Assembly: GCA_965203295.1 (NCBI GenBank)
Contig: CBDBCZ010000017.1
Location: forward strand, 672,001-736,000
Reading direction: 5' to 3'
Length of the DNA: 64,000 bases
Source: Nitrospirales bacterium
GTDB lineage: Bacteria; Nitrospirota; Nitrospiria; Nitrospirales; UBA8639
Positions 56,014 to 64,000 of this stretch are shown here, one piece after another. How positions within the stretch are numbered: the first letter of the stretch is position 1; every line of letters starts with the position of its first letter. Below the pieces are notes generated by a model. The model was not told the DNA's origin. It saw only the letters and a program-made list of their open reading frames with translations, and ran no database searches. The position numbers and the translations under genes are program-made.

Positions 56014-58002
56014 TTATAATTTATGTTTCTTCTTTTTGACAAATGGGAGCTCGCTTTGGTCTTCTACTTCAGTCTGTTTATGCCGCTTGGTTTTCTTGCC
56101 ATTAACAGCAACCGCACAACTTTTCTGTCTATCACTCTCCAATTCTTGACTCGAGCGCGCATCTTCACGAGGGGTCACCATATCATGTCCATTGTCCCTC
56201 CTCGTTTTGTGCTTGTGTTTCTTTCTTTTGGCAGGTGTGTCAGTAGTCAGTTGCTCCAAATCGACCTCTGTCCGGTGTTCGACAGTGCCTTCAGTAGAAT
56301 CAGCTGAGACCTCCAACTCTCTCGGACCTTCACCCTTTTCATCGTCACTCTCGTGTCTATGCTTTCTCTTCCGCTTCTTCGCTTTACCCATTTCTTCATC
56401 CTCGAGCGTGCCACCGCCACCACCATCACTGGAGGTCAACTCCTTCTTGCGCTCCTTTTCTTTCTTTTTCTTCTTCTTCTTTGGAGAGGGTGCTTCCTCC
56501 TCTTGCGCAGTCTGAGGGCTAGATGCCTCTTCAGTACTGGCATCTGCTGTCTCCTGTGTCTCACGGATAGCACTTTCACCCCCGCTATGCTGTGAAAGAG
56601 AACAGAATTATTAGAGTAATCACCATTACAATAAAAGACTGAAAAAATAATGCTGAGATTATGAGGTTTTGATTATATTCTATTTTATGTACATGTATAT
56701 TATGGTAGCCTCGTTCCCAGGCTAGGCTAATATTATGGAGAGTCAATGCCAGTGGTAAGTGAGTTCAATCTACAATGAGTCCCTTTGTTTTTTTTCCCGA
56801 AATTTCTTTACTCTCTCAGAAAGCTATCATCGATCTCTTGAAGAGTTTGCAATGTATGTAGAGAGTCTAGTTCAGCGGTTTGCATTAGATACGTTGTACG
56901 TGCATGTGTCTGAGGACTGGTCAATAACATCCCCCAAGCTATAACTATCTACACCACCTGTTGTGTGCTCGCAGCTCCACTGAAGGCCTCCCACAGTTCA
57001 CCCAGGGTCCTCTTGTCACGCACATTGAAGCTGTTCTTCACAAAGTTCTGTACAGGAGGAGAGAGAGGGTTCCAAAACTTACGTACATGCATTGCCGTAC
57101 CACCTCGCTGGCACACACATACACGATAGTGACACAATGACTCGTTCTGACCTCAAACTTGGCCTTCTTCCTTGGAATGTTGGGGTAGTCAGCAATTCTC
57201 TCCAGTAGACTGGCCACTCGAGGACTGACACTAGCACTACATACCGACTGCCTCACCTTCTGCAGATTGGAGGAGGGGAGGGGAGGGGACGGGAGGCGAG
57301 GCAGCATAACAAAATATGTAAATTGAACACTGGAGACCCCCTCTAAAATTTTTCATGGTTCCCCCCCCCCCCCCTCCAAGACGACCCCCAAAGTCTTTCC
57401 CACCCAAAATGAAAAATCCTATAGAAAACCCTGTTGAGATTCAATTTTGTGTCCCAAAAGTGGCAGAATAGAGCAACAAGAATCTCATTAACGGCAAAAC
57501 AACCTCCAACGTTCGAACTCAGGCCACTCATTTTTTGAACAGTCTGGTCAGAGGCTACATTAATTAATTCACTAATATTCAAACACACACTCTGAGCTAG
57601 GTCAGCAGACAAAAAGTAGTTGGATTTCAATAATCTAGCGAGTTTCATGGGTGGACACTCCCCGTAAGAAGCCCTGTTCCCAAACCACTCAATTTTGGCG
57701 TTGTCAGGCGTCACAAGTATACGACCCTAGGTAAATGTGGCGCTGCTACTTACATCAATCCACTCCTGCTGCTTCTTCTCTCCCTTCCCCTTCCCTTTGG
57801 AACCGTCTTTGTACAACGCTCCTTGGTACTTCTCTGCTTCTGAGATGCACTTTGTATGGGCAGCGTACTCATCCCCATGAAAGTCCTTCCCACAGTCCAT
57901 GCACGAGAGAACCTGGCAGTTGGGGCACTCATTCTGGTAGTGCTTTTCCACTTGGTTCTTTTTCAGTGACGCACCACAAGTATTGCAAGTGAAAAACACC
58001 AT
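56014..58002 (-). CDS. LYAR: Cell growth-regulating nucleolar protein LYAR (4 exons)
   Basis: MVFFTCNTCGASLKKNQVEKHY...C..LSCMDCGKDF.GDEY..HTKCISEAEKY (two C2HC LYAR fingers), YPNIPRKKAKFENFVKNS, Lys-rich tail. Exons approx. 58002-57754, 57259-57152, 57047-56958, 56591-56014. Confidence 0.95.
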
Positions 58003-58221
58003 TTCCACACGCCACGTGTGTGATCACGTGATGAAGGCAATCGCTATCTAATTATTCATTTAGGCCTATTAGTCCAAAAGAAATATTTGAAAAGTTATTC
58101 ATACGGCGATTTTGATTGGTCAATTTGAATGACCGCTCACCTTTTGTTGTGTTAGGTAGCTAGCTAGTTGTAGCTCTGCCAGAACCGACTTTTCTTGCTG
58201 CAAGGACTACAGTTTACGCTT
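58003..58221. promoter_or_regulatory. Bidirectional promoter between LYAR and the next gene
   Basis: About 220 bp between divergent ATGs. Two CACGTG E-boxes (58013, 58025), reverse CCAAT (ATTGG ~58115), TTTGAA CHR-like motifs (~58086, ~58124). Confidence 0.65.
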
Positions 58222-61200
58222 ATGTACAGTATGGATCCCACTGGCAATTGTAGTTCGTGGTTTGCACCCGGTCTGAGGACGAAAACAGCCCCTGAATTGG
58301 AGAATCTGTTAGAGTTAGACTTGAGAAGTGCTCAAAGGGCAGTGTACGACGAATCTGGCGAAGACGTGCGTCTGAAGGGTGAAACTGGCGCGCGGTGGTC
58401 TAGCTTGAGAGAAAAAAGGAAATGGTTTGTACAGGAATGCAAAGAGAAGATGGAAGAATACTTTGATAAACTGTATGATCACTTTACTGAAAAAAACAGG
58501 TGAGAACTATGGCACTATTAACTCATAACTAAAGAGGCTCATCCTACCGTTTAAAGCTGGGCAGTAGAGCCTGGGAACGAGGCTAATATGTATTTGATTC
58601 ACACACATTGTGTTATTATTTCTTATAAAGGTCGAGTCAAGAATGGTACATGTCTGTGCTGCCTACCATGAAGACACCAGCTTTTCAAAAGCACAGATCT
58701 CGAGTGGAGCAAGTGGAAGAAGCTGCTGATAATGTGGGGGATCCTGTTTCACAACCTCTCGGCCTCAACCAAGTCAGCAAACCTGCCACTGACGTATCGC
58801 TAATCTCTGGTGACACCATTGAGACAACCGATCCAGGTATGGTAGATGTCACAAACACCGTTCGAAAATCGACACGCTCCCGTGCTAAGAAAAAGTCTGT
58901 TCCAAGCAAAGAAAATGCCCACGAGAGTTTTCCAGCTGTTCCGGCCACTACTAACCCCAAGCGCACGACTCGGGCATGTGCAAGAAAACGAGTAACCAAA
59001 GAAGTAGTTGCAGATGATCTGGAGGCCGTACCTGCGACTGCGACACGAAGAACCACAAGAACACGCACAAAGAAAGCAGAAACAGGCTCTGGAGGCCAAG
59101 GTGGGGAAGACTCTTGCCTGGTAGACACCGTGGCTACTTCCAGTCGCAGGATGACTCGGTCGCGAATCAACAGTGCAGCGTCCGTTGAGTCTCAGACGGG
59201 AGGCGAGAAGGAGAAACCAGTAATGGCGTCAAAACTACCAGTGGCTTGCCGAGATCCGCAGAATGGAGACTCCCCAATGTCCACGCAATCCGTTGGGCCC
59301 GATCGGAATCAGGTGCCTATCGAGTGTAGCTCTCCAAGTGTGACACAGTCCAAGCAGAAAGTGTCTGACGACATTCCCGATTTGGCCAACTTGCCACCTC
59401 ATACCGAAGAGCCGACTGGAAAAGGACTTTCACAAAACGGCTCTGCAAAGACACTCGATTTAGTCACGGCGGAAAAACTACAGGTGTCCTCTCCAGCTAT
59501 CGAAACTAGCATCCAGCTCATGGAGACCGAAGAGACCACTACGGCAGGCCAAACCCTACTACCAGTACCGGTTGCTTCTGATGTTGCCCCTCCAGTGCGG
59601 AGATCCACTAGGCTCTTCAAAAGGGCTCCTGGAACGCCAGACGCATCGTGCACATCGGACACGGATGACGAAGGGTATATCAGGCCACCGCCCCCGAAGC
59701 GATCGCTTCTGAAGCTAAAGAAGAAGAAAGGCAAGGAAGGCAGTCGGAAAGGCAAGAGAGTCCCGAGGAAAGTGGAGGAAGATGCGGTGAAAACAGATGT
59801 GCAATCCCCGACTTCTTCAGGCGAGAGTGTGATTGCAGTTGCAGATCGTGGCCGAAGTCAAGACAAAGACCTTGCCGGCAGAGGAGGAGAGAACGACTCA
59901 ACACCAGTTACTGAACAGCCCCAGGAACCCGTTGAAGATGTCGCCGCCAGCAAGACACCAGCCGACGGCAGCTTACAGGTAACAGAAGAGACAGTCCAGA
60001 CAGACACACAAAGCAGTGACACAATGTATGAGTCGTGCATTTCAGAAGTTGAGAGCGGCACCTCATCAAAACCTGACACAAAGGCGTCCCGTCGTATCCC
60101 CAGAAGGGCGGCCAAAGCTGCCAAGGTCCGAGGCAGAGTGAAGACTCCAGTCGGTGGTAGAACAGAACCAGAGGAGCGCTCACTCACCGCCGGCCCTTTC
60201 ACACCTAAGCAGCCCCACACACCCCGTACTCCTGGCACCTATACCAGGCCCCGTCCTGTCTTCTCCCCGATGAACGTCCCCTACCTGAGCAACACCCCCA
60301 GGGTGCTACGGCAGCTTCACGAGGAGCACCAGGCGCGCAGTGGAGGAAAGATCATCAGTCTTGCCGAGCTCAGGAGTAGGAACAGGTACGTGTGGGTTTG
60401 GGAGTGGCCTTGCTAAAAGAGAGCAGTCGTTTTATCACAGTTGAACCCCTCTATTGTGGACACCTTGGGAATCTGGTGAAGTGTCCTGTATAGAGACGTG
60501 TCCTCTTTTTAGGGATCGATTTACATGTATATGAAGAAAGCATATTTGGGGCACAGCAAAGTGTCCTTAATATAGAGGTGTCCTTATTTCAGGGGTGTCC
60601 TTTATGAGGGGTTCCACTGTATTCTCTAGAGGCATTTTGGCACTCCCACCACTCTGAGGAAAAAGAGCATAGCGGTCTCTTCTTTTCAGTGCAGTGAGAG
60701 TGAAGCTCTTTTTTCCCCAGTAGCAATGGGGATAATTATCATGATAAGCATATGGGTTACACAGTGGAGAAAGAGCGTACCCCTACGCTCTTTCTCCCCA
60801 ATAAAAGCTCAAATCATCCGCATCCGTTGGTTCAGAATCAGTACATGTACATGTACATGTACATGTAGTGAAGACCTAGTCTCGTCCCCAGACCACACCA
60901 TGTTCTGTGGGAGTACAGCAGTGGTCTGGGGACAAGACTACTAAGGAACTTGATCACTGTATTTGCACATGTTTATTGTATACCCTGATCCCAACTCCCA
61001 CCTACCCTAATCCCAACCCCTACTGCGTTATTCAGTTGATCCCAACTGACAGCTGTGAGTGGGTCGCCCATCTTCATTAATCAACCCCCTTCCCTGTAGC
61101 CCTGCTCCAGGTCACTCGTCCAAGAGGGGTGGCACCCCCGGCCTCCCCCGTACCCCTCAAGTGGTGCGCGCCACGGTAGTCAAGGGTAAGAGGCTCAGAT

Positions 61201-62828
61201 CTGTGTCTATGGAGAAGTTGCCAGAAGCCGTGGAGGCAAAGAGACCTTCCAGAGGGGGAGCACTGTGCCAGGTGGGTACAGGGACGCACCTACGTACATA
61301 ATTACAGTTGGAATTGGATGGGTCCTACTGGCAAGTGCTACTAGTGGGTTTAGTGGCTGTATTGAGCTTGCCTACTGCTCCTCTGCCAAGGGGCTCCAGT
61401 AGCTCAGTGGTAAGAGCATCTGACTAGTATTCAGAAGGTTCTGGGTTCAATCCCCAGCTGGGTCCCGTTTCGTCAAAAAGCTTATCATCTGACTAGTTTT
61501 CAGAAGGTCCTGGGTTCAATCCCCACCGTTTTTTATTAAGCTTATCATCTCTTTAAGAGTTTACTATACATGTACATGCATCAGATTAAGAATATTGCTT
61601 AGGCTCGTTCACAGTCTCCACTGCCAACTTTTTTTGCATGTTGAAAAACAGTTGGCAAGGATTCACACTCCAGATTCATGGTAGCTGACACTTTCCATAT
61701 ACATGTACATTACCGTTTTGATTCCTGATTCCCAGGTCAGCCCACTTGAGAAGACGTGTCCCGATGCCGAGGAAACGGAGACTGCTGAGTCAGATGACTC
61801 TCAAGAGAAAGGTCAGTTGGTGTAGTGCCCTTGTTGCACTCTTACCCAGGTCTCATCATGAAAAAGCACCCTTCCCAGGCCTTTAAAATTCTCACACGCT
61901 TGAAAAGGTCCTCGTTTACTTTTCATGCGTACAGGGAAGGCCTGGAGATGAGGCTAGGATACATGTATATCAGTCTACAGTATATTATGGGTGCATACAT
62001 GTATCCTCCACTGTGACGTGGTCATCTGACTTATCCCACTACTGCACATGTGCGTAACTATCGTGAAGTAGCTTGACGCCTATCTATCCTACTGCTCTCG
62101 TCCAATGAATTGTATTAGAAATGAAATAATCATATTTACATGTAATAGTTGTGTACCATGATCATGTGTGTGTATACACGTATGTTCATGTACCTACTAT
62201 ATCTCTCAATCTAGCAGACTCTACCGTATGTTCATGTACATGTACCTACTACATGTGTATCTCTCCATCTAGCAGACTCTACCCAATCCACTGACAGTGA
62301 TGCTGCTCAGTACAGCTCTGACACAGCAAAAGAGAACCCAAATGACAATGGAGGTACAATTACATGTACATGTCAGAGCTTCATACAGGGGCACTGGGTT
62401 CTGCCCCCCCCCCCCCCCAGAATGGATATCATACACGAAATTACCTTGAAACCTAATGACAGTTGTTCCAAATGAAATACAAAGTGTTCGGTAATCAGCT
62501 AGAATATAGCTGCCAATAGCCTCGTACCCAGACCTATACCGCTAAAATGTCGTTTTGGGAAGTTCTGGGTACGAAGTCCAAAACCCAGGAAGGGGTACCC
62601 CCAGACCTCACCTAGAAGGGTGTGCTGTTCTATCCCATAAAGAGCTCCCCTCCCTCTGTATGAATACCTGTGTACATGGCACATGCATGTCTGTGCCATG
62701 TGCCTACTACATGTACATGTACATTTACAAGACATCTCTCCATCTAGCGCACACCACCCAATCCACCGACAGTGATGCTGCGCAGTACAGCTCTGACACA
62801 GCAGAAGGCGACCAAAGAGACAATCATG
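58222..62828 (+). CDS. Large low-complexity nuclear protein, possibly INCENP-like; 3' end beyond what can be modelled
   Basis: Exons approx. 58222-58499, 58631-60385, 61098-61273, 61736-61811, 62277-62352, 62749-62828. Helical N-terminus followed by LPTMKTPAFQK, RxTR motifs, many S/T-P sites and an NLS-like KLKKKKGK. Identity is a weak inference. Confidence 0.7.
61393..61465 (+). other. tRNA-like repeat copy (partial extra copy 61486-61525)
   Basis: Near-identical to 41672-41745, with a shared 5' flank GCTTGCCTACT...CTGCCAAGGG. Confidence 0.7.
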
Positions 62829-64000
62829 GTAGAGTTACATGCGCACATGTGTGTGGCTGTCCAACTTTACGCAAGCAGGACTTCGGTACACACTAGTCTC
62901 TTTCCCAACTTTGTGTACTTACGTACTGCATGCTTCCGCAAGCAATAGTGTCAGAGCTAGGCTAAGGAATCGTAGCTTGATCAACGGGGTTCCACTGTAT
63001 TTGCTGATGGCTGCACACCTCATTGGTAGACAATGGCTCGGGTACACATTAGTCTCGTTCCCAACTGTGTGCACTTACATGTACAATGTACGTACTGCAT
63101 GCTTCTGTAAGCAATAGTGTATTTATCTCGGACCTAGCCATAGCCTGATCAACGGGGTTCCACTGTATTTGCTCATGGCTGCACACATCATAGGTAGACA
63201 ATGGCTCGGTCTAACGTCTTCCCTCTCCTTCCTCTCAGTCACCCCACCACAGGTCAGATCTGGCCAGCCCAAGAGTGGCTCTAAGATGGGCTATATTTGG
63301 AACCTTTTTGGGAAGAAGGTACATGTATGTTAATGTTAATGTATACTGGTACGACAATGCTACAATGTCATGTAGAGGCTTTCAGTTGGTATTTAATTTA
63401 CAGGACGGCTTTTCATTAAGCTCATGGCAAATCTTGCTCAATTGTGAATTGCAATGTACGTGAGAATTTTTTTGTATCTTGTTCCAAATCCACAGAAAAA
63501 TCTTATGAAATTTTGTAACTCGAATTTTCCTCAAATTACAGTATGGGTGGTATAATGTACACATACAAGTACAGGGTTTCTGTATGACTTCTATTAGGGG
63601 TTGCAAAGACGTCAAAATGTATGCGGAACTGCACACTCCTTCCTCCTCTAGAAAATTCTAATCACTTAGAAAATGCCCATAATCAACTTCAGAGGGGAGG
63701 GGGAGATGGCCTCAGTCCTACATGTACCTGTTGAACCCATGATGCATGTTATAGATACTGTATAGCATGTGGTAGTCAGTGCTGTATTATCCATGCAATA
63801 TGCTGACTACCATGCTATATGTGTCATAAATCATAAGTGCGCAGGGCACATACATGTACATGTACATGTACCGGTATGTGTATTGGTGCATTTCTATAAC
63901 TTCAGAGGGGTGTTATACAATGTAATAAAAATACATCACTCCTACATGTAGCAGGTACATGTACTATATAGATGATTAATGCAATCACTTGAAATCTTAG

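Overview
Eukaryotic, intron-rich, MITE- and microsatellite-dense DNA. The gene families and repeats suggest a demosponge (inference). Content in order: (1) two near-identical tandem copies of an Ig-like x6 / FN3 x4 / single-TM receptor with a short cytoplasmic tail (copy 1 is 5'-truncated by the window); (2) a 15-exon TTLL1 tubulin polyglutamylase gene; (3) a head-to-head pair of paralogous ~1350-aa genes with intronless CDSs, encoding beta-helix (Pmp-like) + Cys-rich + multipass membrane proteins that appear to share a small bidirectional promoter; (4) an 11-exon, ~380-aa 7TM-like gene with a 57-bp repeat that multiplies a splice donor and CA-repeat splice acceptors; (5) two tandem paralogs that appear to fuse a bHLH-like segment to an HMG box; (6) LYAR head-to-head with a low-complexity, possibly INCENP-like gene that runs off the window. 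There are several non-autonomous TIR element families with readable TSDs, tRNA-like repeats and MITE-derived minisatellites. Exon models were read by eye from GT/AG signals and reading frame, not from transcripts.
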